From positions 9,044-41,043 of the forward strand of contig NZ_SODD01000019.1 of NCBI RefSeq assembly GCF_004365815.1: a stretch of 32,000 nt of DNA. The letters are read 5' to 3'. The translations under genes were made by a program, and so were the position numbers. Under the pieces are notes generated by a model. That model made no database searches. It was not told the origin of the DNA and saw only the letters and a program-made list of their open reading frames with translations. Origin of the DNA: Breznakia blatticola (GTDB lineage Bacteria > Bacillota_I > Bacilli_A > Erysipelotrichales > Erysipelotrichaceae). How positions within the stretch are numbered: position 1 is the first letter of the stretch; each line of letters starts with the position of its first letter. Shown here in pieces: positions 7,102 through 15,357 of this stretch.

Positions 7102-10100
7102 TCCATCAGGTGCCACACTTGGGTTACCAATCACACCATTTCCATTATCACCAGGTTTTGGTGTATTTACATCATCGCCTCCAGGCGTTGTAGTAATTGG
7201 CGTTAATGCATCAACTGCATTTTGTAGTCCAGCCAAAGCTGTATCCACAACATCTTGACTTACTTCAGGATCACTAATTACATTTGCAGCATGTGCTAAT
7301 GCATTTTTCACACCCATTACTGAACTTGCAGTGTAACCATCAAGGTTCATTGCTTCTACTTTTTCTTTTAATGCACGTAAAGCAGCAGTATCAGCTTTTA
7401 ATCTTGCTTTCATACGTACGCTCATTAATGCTTTAGTAGCATCATCAAGTTCTTGTTGAGTTGTTGCACTTGCAAGAGCTGCTTTTGCAACATCAATTGC
7501 ACCTGGTAAGTTTTTAATTGAACTAGGAACATAACGGTCACTAGCCGCTACGATTGTTTCACTTAGTGCAATTTCATTGATAAGTGCAGTTTTATTCAAT
7601 ACTGTTTCACGTTCAAGGTTAGCAATTGCATCATAAATTGCTTGTGTTGCATCTGCAACTTCCGTAGTTGTTGCATCATCATTAGCTGCTACAATTTCAC
7701 CAGCAGCAATTGCATCTTGTAATGCTTTGTAGCTATCTACAGTATATCCATCTGCTTCAACATCTTTAGCAGTATCAATAATTGTTTCTAAATCACTCTT
7801 ATTTACGATTTCCCATAATTGTTCTACAGCTGCATTAATATCTTTCATTGCTTTTTCCATAGCAGCAACATCTTTGCTTTCAGCATCTAGCAACGCTTGA
7901 CCTGCAGCAAGTGCATTTGTAAGTTGTGTAATCTTACCTGGACGGATATTTGTCGCATTAGCTAGTTCTTCACCTGCTAATTCAACGACCATCGCCAATG
8001 TACTACGCATTGCATAAACATCAGATAATTCTCCTAATGCTAATTCTTCATTTACTAATGCCAATAACATAGCAGTAGCTTCTGTTGAACTAATATCTGC
8101 ATCACCTTTTGCAATCAATGCTTTTGCATCTACAAGTAATGCTTTCATAGCTGCAAAGTCACTTGTAGTGTATGATCCTTCTAGTGCTTCACATTTTGCA
8201 ATTTTATCTTTTAAACTTGTAAGTGCTATGTTTGAAGCACGACGAGTTAAGGCAGTTTGTGCTGATTTTAAATCAGTAATCGCTGCTTTAATATCTTCTT
8301 TTGATGATGTGTCTGTAAGTGCATTCGCTACATCGTATGCAGCCATTAAATCACTCCAAGTACTTGATGTGTAGTCATCTTCATTTAATCCATCAACTTC
8401 TGCAAGTACATCTTGAAGTATTTCAAATGTTACACTCTTTTTACCAAACATTGTTAGTTCGGCAATCGAAGCATAACGGTTTGCTTGATCAGCTGAACTT
8501 CCTACTGATTCTAAAGCGATAAATTTTACATAACGAGCTTCTACTGTATCGAACTTAATTTCTTTTGCTTTCGCGCGATCAACCAATTCTCCATTTTCTG
8601 TTTCGAAGTAACCTTCAACTACAGGATAGAAATCTAAATCATCAATTGTTAAATTATCTCCTTCAGTAGTACTTACTTCAACACGGTAATGCGTTACACC
8701 ACCATTTCTACTGTTTTGACGTGCTAACATATTAATTTGTTCTAAGTTATATGTATCACCTAAATCCACAACGATGTATTGAGGTAATTTATAACTTGAA
8801 CCATAGTTAGAATGCCAGAATGTAGTAATATCACCATCAAATGCTAAATCACCATGTTCTTTTTCAGCAGATGTAAAACTTGTTTCATAGAATAGTGTTG
8901 CATCTGATAAATCCATGATATTTGTACTTGTTGGTTGTTCTTCATTTGAACCTTTTAATTTCAATAGTTTTGAAGCATTTGCAATTTGAATTGTAATCGT
9001 ATTTACTTCAGCTTGTGTAGGATCTCCAGTTAATAATACTTTTGCTTGATCTACAAGTACTTTCACTGCATTATATGTGTCTGCAGTATATAGTTGTGGT
9101 GGTAATGCATCAAATGTATTAATTGCTTTTTGCAATTCTGTAGCATCAATACCTTTCACTACATGTAATGTGTGTGTTGCACTAAAGTTTCCATCTTCAC
9201 TTGTAGCTGTTAACGTAACAGTTCCTTCTTTTAGAGCTTCAAGTACGTATGCATAGTGATCTCCTAGTGTGACTTTGTTTACACGTACTGTTTCTATATC
9301 ACTACTTGTAATTTCATATAATGGGTTTGAAGCATTATTTGGCAATACTACTGCTGAAATTTCTTCTAAGGCACCAACATTCATTTCACTAATTGCATCA
9401 TCAGCAAATGCAATACCTGTAGCTTTTACTGTTGCATCACTAATAATTTCAATTTCGTGAATTGATAACATACGGTTTGTTTCAGTTCCTGTTTGTGTTC
9501 CTGTTGCACTTCCAGAACTTTCCATTGGCGTAATAACAATTCGATCAATCTTTTTCGCTTCTGCAGGAATACTAAATGTAATTTCTGTACTTTCTGGGTT
9601 TGTAATTGTTCCCAAGTCGTATGCAGTTGTTCCATTGTATGCTACAGCCTTGATTTTTTTAATTGAACCATTACTACTTTTTCTATTGTGTACAACGACT
9701 TTTGATACTGGTTCTGCCTTATTTAATGTGAATTCCATATCTGTTGGTAACATTACGTATGCTGGAATATCAGTCTCTGAATGATACCATTTGAACTCAG
9801 CTAATTCTCCAGTTTTATCACCATCAAATAAACGAGTTTTCCAATCAGATTGTTGCCATAAATCAGCACCAGGAATGTCTGCACTTTCTGAATTAGAGAA
9901 CTTAATTGATTTGATATCTGCTTCATTAAGTACATTAACTGTTTCTGGAACTTGTGGTGTTTGACTTTCATCAATTCTTGCATCAATTTCTGTTAAGTCT
10001 TGTCCAACAAGTTGTGCACGACTCATATCATGATTCCATGTGAAATCAGCAGTTGCAGTAAAACTAAATGTCGCAACTGTACCTGACCCATTTAACAATT

Positions 10101-13100
10101 GTTGTTGACCAACATTTGTAAATGCAATGTAGTTATCTACATTGTTATCACTGTGTTTTCTTAGTTTTGAGAAGTTTCGCATTGCAATTGTTGAAATACT
10201 TGGTTGTGCCGCTTGTGACACGTCCATTGTATTTGTATCAATTGGGAATTCAACGAAAATAGTATTTACATTTTTCAATCCAATTCCATATACATCAACA
10301 TTTACAACATCACCTGCTTTAATATCCGTTTTTGAAGGAACTAACATCAATTTACCATCGGCCCCAGTTTCAGCATTTTTAACTGGTGTTCCTAACAATC
10401 TAGCAACAAATGATAAATCATATCCATCAAGAATATCATTTCCATTAAGGTTTGCTAATACGGATGTGTATTCCCAATCTGCATCTACTGAATTTAATCC
10501 AATGTAGTTTTCAAAGAACATTAGATCTCCATCTTCTAATTCGCCAGAGTTGTTAGCATCTCCTACTACCCATGGTCCTGTCCCTTCTACTTTATAAGGC
10601 ATTAGTTCAGAAGCAGAGAAGAATCCTCCAGTTGAAGAGATAATTCCAATTTTGAAGAAACGAATTTTTTTGTTGTTTAATGGAATTTCCTTAACATCTT
10701 CAACACTCATATCTGATTTGTTGTATGTCCATGCAGGGTTTGCATCTCCATCCCAAACTTTTTCATATGTTACACCATCAACTGATGCATATAAATTCAT
10801 TTTCTCTACTGCACCATTTCCTTTGTTATCCATACGAGGTTGGTATGTAAATTTATCCATTGTATATGCAGCACCCATATCGATAATCATTTGTTGATCT
10901 TCAGTAACTGCATTTGATGAGTGGAACATGGTTCCTTGATCAAAGTCGAAACCATTTTTCAACGCCCCGTGACTATCTCCATATTTCCAAGTTACATCTA
11001 AGTTACGAACAACATTGCGGTAACGGTCAACATTTGTACGAACGGTTACATAATCACTCCATTCAGAGTATGTGTTATCAACTCTTGTACGAACACGGAA
11101 AGTGTATTCAGTATCATAGTCTAAATCTACCACTTCATATCTTGCTTGTGGATTATTTACATATACTCCATCGAAAATTTCAACATCGTATCCTGTTGCA
11201 TTAACAACATCATCCCACACAGCAGTGAATGATAAATCTTCAATGTTTTCTCCGCGAATGTTTGTAGGTATTGTTAATGTAGTATCCAATACATCTTTTA
11301 CTAATCCTTGGTCATTTGCAAAACCATTTACTACAACTGTGTAGTCATAGTTATGAATACTTACTTTATCTGTTGATTTTACATATAGCTTAGGAGCAGT
11401 AGTTTTATCTGTGTTTTCGTAAGTTGAACCAGCAGATGCAAATTCTTTTACAAAAATACTTGGGTTTTCATCATAGAAGTATACATTTCCTGTAGCAGCT
11501 TCATACTCTTCTTTTGAGTTAACACTAGTGAATGTTACATCTTTACCAGCAACATTTCCAGTTACACTTGATGGTGCTTTTGAAACGTTAACGATGTATT
11601 CGTTTGAACGTTTGTCTACCATACCTGTGTATGTACCATTTGTTTTTGCTGTTTTTAATGTAGCAACATCACCAACTACACTACTTGTAATTTTTGTAGT
11701 TGTTCCAGCTCCACCTAAAGTGATTCCATCATCTTCATATACTTCAAATTCAGTATCTCCAGATGGATAGAATTCAGCACGACGGATTGAACGATCTAAT
11801 CCATCTGTGTTTTCTGCACTTTTCGCAATTGGGTTATTGTTTTCAGCATACATCGGAATAATTGCACCATTTCTTACGAAAACTGGTAATTTCCAAATCG
11901 GTGCATCAAAGTTATTAATGATGCGTCCACCTTCATATTGTTCACCTGTAAAGTAATCAATCCATACATCGCTTGTTGATGGAAGATAAATATCGTTACG
12001 GATATCATTTCCAGCAGCATCACTTGCTGTATCTTGATAGATTGGTGCAATTACGAAGTTGTCACCCCACATGTATTGGTATTGTGTTTTGCTACTGTAT
12101 GTATACGCATTTGGATCTTCAAGGAACATTGCACGAATCATTGGCAATCCTTGGTTCACTGTAGCTTCATGTGACATTGTGTTGTTGTACGGCATCAACA
12201 TTGCTTTTAATTTTAAGTATGAACGGTTAATTGATGTTCCATCTTCACCTAATGCATAAGGTGATTTTTGGTTTGATCCCCAACCATCCATGTCTAGCAT
12301 ATACGTTGTAAATGCTTTCCATTGGAAGTCACGTGTCCAAACGGTTGTGTTTTTACCTCCAAAGATTCCATCCATGTCACTTCCGACATTTGGTTGTCCT
12401 GACAATGAAGTTCCAATGTATGTTGGAATATGGAAACGAATGTATTCCCATTTACCACCATATTGGTCACCTGTCCAAATACCTGCATAACGTTGTGTTC
12501 CAGCCCATCCATCTAATGATACGATGTTTGCTTTTAATCCTGAGTTTTTTGTAATTGCATCATATGCAACACTTATTCCATTTAACGCCATTGAGTATCC
12601 ATTACCAACCCATGCAACGTCAGTTTTTACAGCGACAACACCTGCATCAACTTCTTTATAGATATCACGTTCGCCTTTTTGCGGCTTGCTTTGATCTTTT
12701 GGCCATAAGTTTGATTGTGTCCATAACCCAGTACGAACACCTTTAGCAAGTGCATTACTTGCAAATGTTCCTAAGTTTTGAACATCGCCATCTAACGTTG
12801 CAGTTTGACCATATCCACAACCATATCCATCATTTGGTAAGAACCATCCTAATGGCATATCGTTATCTTTGTGATCTCTAATTATTTGCTCTGCTGTTGT
12901 TTCCGCAGATCCATTTAGTGTTTCTTTAATACTTCCTGTTTTACTGTCTTCTTTGTACCATTTGCTACCAAGTTTAACAGCACCAGCTGTACCTTGAGGA
13001 ACTTCTGTCCAGTAGTCACGGTTGTAACAGTTTAAGTGTCCTAAATATGAAGCATATTCTGGTAACTCCACAGGTGTTCCTGTTAAATCATAATACCCAC

Positions 13101-13923
13101 TTAATAATTCTTGTGGTGTATCACCAACAAAATAATATGCATCATAACGTGTTTCGTCGTGTTTCGTTGTAACTACATTTTGTCCTTTAGAATCAAAATC
13201 ATATGATCCTGGTTTCCATGTATTACGTACAACTCCATATCCTTTCGTAGACCAATAGAATGGGTTAGGACTCGCTACTCCTTTGTCCACCCAGTTGTTT
13301 GTGTTTTTTACTGCGATTACTTCACCCTTATGAGAGAAGCGACCATTTTGTGTCCCACCACCATAGTAAAATTCATCAGCCGAAGTTTTTAGTGTTTGGT
13401 AAGTACTTCCTTTTTTGTAACGTAAAGGTTGTGCTTCTTCCCAAACAATCTCCCCATTCGTCTTCGTTAATTTCATAATTGAAGTTTCTTTGTTGATCTC
13501 TAATACCAAAGCATCCGTTTTAATTTGGATTATTGTATCATTTTCAACAAGTGTTGGTTCTACATTATTTTTTGCGTAGAACTCGTCATCTGAAGCAACT
13601 GTGATTGTTGCTTTGTGATCAACTGAATTTGGTGTAGGATATTCCTTAAAATCCTCACCATCAGGTGCCATATACAATCTGAATAGATCTTTATCCAAGA
13701 ATGTGAATCTTATTTTCTCTCCCGATTGTAATACTAAATCTACTTTGTTTTTACTTTGTTTAGCTGTTTCTACACTTCCAATAAATGTGTATCCTTCCGT
13801 ATCTGTCGCCGTTGCTTGAATCCCTTCTTTAGCAAGTACGTTCATCGGTAAAGATGCAAATCCACCTAATGTGATTGAGGCAGCTAATGAGACTAACTTT
13901 ATTTTTTTTGTTATATTATTCAT
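6976..13923 (-). CDS. giant secreted/anchored GH31 family alpha-glycosidase with FN3, discoidin/CBM32-like, dockerin-like, cohesin-like, Big_2 and FIVAR modules and a C-terminal sorting signal
   Basis: GAGGGAAAG SD and a signal peptide (…ASLPMNVLAKE). GH31 signatures: WFLPNDGYGCGYG, VAVKTDVAW (KTD nucleophile-type motif), GTQRYAGIWTGDQ (WTGD acid/base motif as in human GAA HWTGD) and SDMDGIFGG. FN3: LSFTAVWDDVVNATGYDVEIF...YTFRVRTR. F5/8C-like: MFHSSNAV..QQMIIDMG... and GDITTFWHSNYG...YIVVDLG. Substrate specificity is not deducible by eye. Confidence 0.88.
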   Translation of the reverse strand: MNNITKKIKLVSLAASITLGGFASLPMNVLAKEGIQATATDTEGYTFIGSVETAKQSKNKVDLVLQSGEKIRFTFLDKDLFRLYMAPDGEDFKEYPTPNSVDHKATITVASDDEFYAKNNVEPTLVENDTIIQIKTDALVLEINKETSIMKLTKTNGEIVWEEAQPLRYKKGSTYQTLKTSADEFYYGGGTQNGRFSHKGEVIAVKNTNNWVDKGVASPNPFYWSTKGYGVVRNTWKPGSYDFDSKGQNVVTTKHDETRYDAYYFVGDTPQELLSGYYDLTGTPVELPEYASYLGHLNCYNRDYWTEVPQGTAGAVKLGSKWYKEDSKTGSIKETLNGSAETTAEQIIRDHKDNDMPLGWFLPNDGYGCGYGQTATLDGDVQNLGTFASNALAKGVRTGLWTQSNLWPKDQSKPQKGERDIYKEVDAGVVAVKTDVAWVGNGYSMALNGISVAYDAITKNSGLKANIVSLDGWAGTQRYAGIWTGDQYGGKWEYIRFHIPTYIGTSLSGQPNVGSDMDGIFGGKNTTVWTRDFQWKAFTTYMLDMDGWGSNQKSPYALGEDGTSINRSYLKLKAMLMPYNNTMSHEATVNQGLPMIRAMFLEDPNAYTYSSKTQYQYMWGDNFVIAPIYQDTASDAAGNDIRNDIYLPSTSDVWIDYFTGEQYEGGRIINNFDAPIWKLPVFVRNGAIIPMYAENNNPIAKSAENTDGLDRSIRRAEFYPSGDTEFEVYEDDGITLGGAGTTTKITSSVVGDVATLKTAKTNGTYTGMVDKRSNEYIVNVSKAPSSVTGNVAGKDVTFTSVNSKEEYEAATGNVYFYDENPSIFVKEFASAGSTYENTDKTTAPKLYVKSTDKVSIHNYDYTVVVNGFANDQGLVKDVLDTTLTIPTNIRGENIEDLSFTAVWDDVVNATGYDVEIFDGVYVNNPQARYEVVDLDYDTEYTFRVRTRVDNTYSEWSDYVTVRTNVDRYRNVVRNLDVTWKYGDSHGALKNGFDFDQGTMFHSSNAVTEDQQMIIDMGAAYTMDKFTYQPRMDNKGNGAVEKMNLYASVDGVTYEKVWDGDANPAWTYNKSDMSVEDVKEIPLNNKKIRFFKIGIISSTGGFFSASELMPYKVEGTGPWVVGDANNSGELEDGDLMFFENYIGLNSVDADWEYTSVLANLNGNDILDGYDLSFVARLLGTPVKNAETGADGKLMLVPSKTDIKAGDVVNVDVYGIGLKNVNTIFVEFPIDTNTMDVSQAAQPSISTIAMRNFSKLRKHSDNNVDNYIAFTNVGQQQLLNGSGTVATFSFTATADFTWNHDMSRAQLVGQDLTEIDARIDESQTPQVPETVNVLNEADIKSIKFSNSESADIPGADLWQQSDWKTRLFDGDKTGELAEFKWYHSETDIPAYVMLPTDMEFTLNKAEPVSKVVVHNRKSSNGSIKKIKAVAYNGTTAYDLGTITNPESTEITFSIPAEAKKIDRIVITPMESSGSATGTQTGTETNRMLSIHEIEIISDATVKATGIAFADDAISEMNVGALEEISAVVLPNNASNPLYEITSSDIETVRVNKVTLGDHYAYVLEALKEGTVTLTATSEDGNFSATHTLHVVKGIDATELQKAINTFDALPPQLYTADTYNAVKVLVDQAKVLLTGDPTQAEVNTITIQIANASKLLKLKGSNEEQPTSTNIMDLSDATLFYETSFTSAEKEHGDLAFDGDITTFWHSNYGSSYKLPQYIVVDLGDTYNLEQINMLARQNSRNGGVTHYRVEVSTTEGDNLTIDDLDFYPVVEGYFETENGELVDRAKAKEIKFDTVEARYVKFIALESVGSSADQANRYASIAELTMFGKKSVTFEILQDVLAEVDGLNEDDYTSSTWSDLMAAYDVANALTDTSSKEDIKAAITDLKSAQTALTRRASNIALTSLKDKIAKCEALEGSYTTSDFAAMKALLVDAKALIAKGDADISSTEATAMLLALVNEELALGELSDVYAMRSTLAMVVELAGEELANATNIRPGKITQLTNALAAGQALLDAESKDVAAMEKAMKDINAAVEQLWEIVNKSDLETIIDTAKDVEADGYTVDSYKALQDAIAAGEIVAANDDATTTEVADATQAIYDAIANLERETVLNKTALINEIALSETIVAASDRYVPSSIKNLPGAIDVAKAALASATTQQELDDATKALMSVRMKARLKADTAALRALKEKVEAMNLDGYTASSVMGVKNALAHAANVISDPEVSQDVVDTALAGLQNAVDALTPITTTPGGDDVNTPKPGDNGNGVIGNPSVAPDGSVNSGDTTDVTSLYGLLALALMGLGVLGRKKYKNHEIKESE
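10005..10365 (-). other. cohesin-like beta-sandwich module
   Basis: ...LVPSKTDIKAGDVVNVDVYGIGLKNVNTIFVEFPIDTNTMDV....GSGTVATFSFTA... follows the cohesin pattern (K.GD.V.V.V.. / ..F.L.YD...L.V / G.G.lA.i.F). Recognised by eye only. Confidence 0.45.
10390..10570 (-). other. dockerin-like duplicated EF-hand module
   Basis: GDANNSGELEDGDLMFFENYIGL and ANLNGNDILDGYDLSFVARLLG: two D/N-x-N-x-(D/S/N)-G-x-(I/L)-x3-D-L loop-helix segments. Confidence 0.55.
11500..13830 (-). other. GH31 catalytic region (N-terminal beta-sandwich, (b/a)8 barrel, C-terminal beta domains)
   Basis: Motifs listed for the parent CDS; candidate nucleophile Asp codon near 12620 and acid/base Asp near 12468. Boundaries are approximate. 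Confidence 0.75.
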
Positions 13924-14232
13924 TCTTTCCCTCTTCTCATATTATTCATATGAATATCAAACGATTAACTAATAAATGTATACATAAAAACAATTGTACG
14001 TATTAAAACACACCACTCCCTTCATCAGATTTCATAGATAGCCTGTCTCAATTTTCTACCTTTTTAATCTGAAAGCCCTTACACTACAATCACATTATTA
14101 CACCTATTTTTTAGAAAAGATTTAGAATTTTTAACATGTACTTTATCTTTTTTGGTATTATTTGATAGATATTTTATAAATATATTGATTCATTATTTTT
14201 TAATAGAAATATAATGATAATCAAATTATAGT

Positions 14233-14300
14233 AAAAAACAATCACGGAAAATTGCATAAATCCAAAAATGGATTATAGCTACAAATCTGTGATTGTTTTT
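14233..14300 (-). terminator. intrinsic terminator after the lipoprotein gene pair
   Basis: caatcac (14239-14245) / gtgattg (14289-14295) stem with flanking A/T runs and an inner aatcca-aaaa-tggatt hairpin. On the minus RNA the stem is followed by U6. The loop is long. Confidence 0.5.
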
Positions 14301-14304
14301 ATTG

Positions 14305-14787
14305 TTATTTACTATCTAAATCGCAAGAATACCCCTCCATAATAAGTGCATTTGTGATCATTTCTATGTTCATATTTCCATCTTTGATCCATGCTTTATA
14401 TTCTGGGTATTTTGAAACCATATCTTCTACATCTAAGGCTTCACCATCAATTTCTAACTTGAAATATTCAGCATCTGTTTCATCACGAACAAGTGCTTCT
14501 AAGCCTTCAATTGAAGTTAATTCACTAGCTTTCATTCCTACATCTTTTCGAATGTTAACACTGAATAGTTCATTATCGAGATTTGAATACGTTTCCTCAG
14601 CTTGTAAAGAAAGAACAATTTCTTTTTCTTTGTTGTATTCCATTGTGTAAATGCTTTTAAATTGAATATCATCAATACTTGTTTGCATCATACATACTGC
14701 AGTTGTATCCGCTTTTGTTGAACTATTACATGCAACACAGCCAAGTGCAAGTAGTCCTACACTGCATATTTGCATTATTTTTTTCAT
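14305..14787 (-). CDS. lipoprotein of unknown function (possibly YehR/DUF1307-like)
   Basis: Lipobox LLALGC|V. The ATG overlaps the upstream TGA (ATGA). Size and C-terminal ...ITNALIMEGYSC resemble YehR-type lipoproteins from memory only. Confidence 0.7.
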   Translation of the reverse strand: MKKIMQICSVGLLALGCVACNSSTKADTTAVCMMQTSIDDIQFKSIYTMEYNKEKEIVLSLQAEETYSNLDNELFSVNIRKDVGMKASELTSIEGLEALVRDETDAEYFKLEIDGEALDVEDMVSKYPEYKAWIKDGNMNIEMITNALIMEGYSCDLDSK

Positions 14788-15236
14788 TTAATTACCCCAC
14801 TCTCTTTTAGTAATGTCTTATAGGCATCCAATGTTGGTTCTTCTTTACTTGAATCAAGAGTTCCAACAATTTCACCTTTACTTACAACATAAATCGTTGG
14901 TGTTGTTTGAAAACCAGAGAAATGCTTTTCCATCAATTCTAAGTTTTCTGTTTCACTTCTTTCTTCCTTGTCAAGTGTTACATCATACAGTCTCAATCCA
15001 ACTTCTGTTGTATATTCATCTGTTTGCGAGAAAAAACTCATACAAGAACCACAGTACGTCTGTGAGAAGATCACTACAAAACTGTCCTCATCTTCGACCA
15101 TTTGGTTTACTTCATTTAATGTAATACCTACAACTTCTCCTTTGTTTGGCTGTAATTCTATTGCAACATCTTCCGTTTTCTTTGCAGTACATGCAACTAA
15201 TAATAGTGCAATAATCAGTAAATAGATTCTCTTCAT
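14784..15236 (-). CDS. thioredoxin-fold lipoprotein with CxxC motif
   Basis: Lipobox LLLVAC|T. FVVIFSQTYCGSCMSF is a CGSC redox motif in thioredoxin-like context, and ...TPTIYVV... is the cis-Pro region. Confidence 0.75.
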   Translation of the reverse strand: MKRIYLLIIALLLVACTAKKTEDVAIELQPNKGEVVGITLNEVNQMVEDEDSFVVIFSQTYCGSCMSFFSQTDEYTTEVGLRLYDVTLDKEERSETENLELMEKHFSGFQTTPTIYVVSKGEIVGTLDSSKEEPTLDAYKTLLKESGVIK

Positions 15237-15304
15237 ACTTTAAGAGTAACATAAAAGTTGTCATTATCACTTGCACTAAATATTAAATTATTTACATTTT
15301 TCAA

Positions 15305-15335
15305 CAAAAAAAGCTCAAGCGAATTCGCCCAAGCT
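15305..15335 (-). terminator. intrinsic terminator after proS
   Basis: Minus RNA agcuugggcg-aauu-cgcuugagcu (10 bp including 3 G-U) followed by U7. Confidence 0.75.
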
Positions 15336-15357
15336 AATTTTAATTATTCCTCAATAA

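Noticed and set aside
7210-8440. Periodic repeats in the stalk regions (also 2500..3780) as a possible CRISPR or other non-coding repeat array
   Set aside because: The periodicity is at protein level (FIVAR-like ~65-70-aa helical units) inside an intact ORF, with diverged DNA and no repeat/spacer structure.
13902-13909. A8 homopolymer in codons 5-8 of the GH31 gene as a slipped-strand phase-variation switch
   Set aside because: Lys-rich (AAA) signal-peptide N-termini routinely create such runs in low-GC genomes. The lipoprotein gene at 14787 has a similar A7. There is no evidence of variation from a single sequence.
2325-13923. Surface-enzyme locus as a horizontally acquired island
   Set aside because: I saw no integrase, transposase, tRNA attachment site or flanking direct repeats. 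Base composition and codon style look like the surrounding housekeeping genes by eye. A proper k-mer/GC-skew analysis would be needed to say more.
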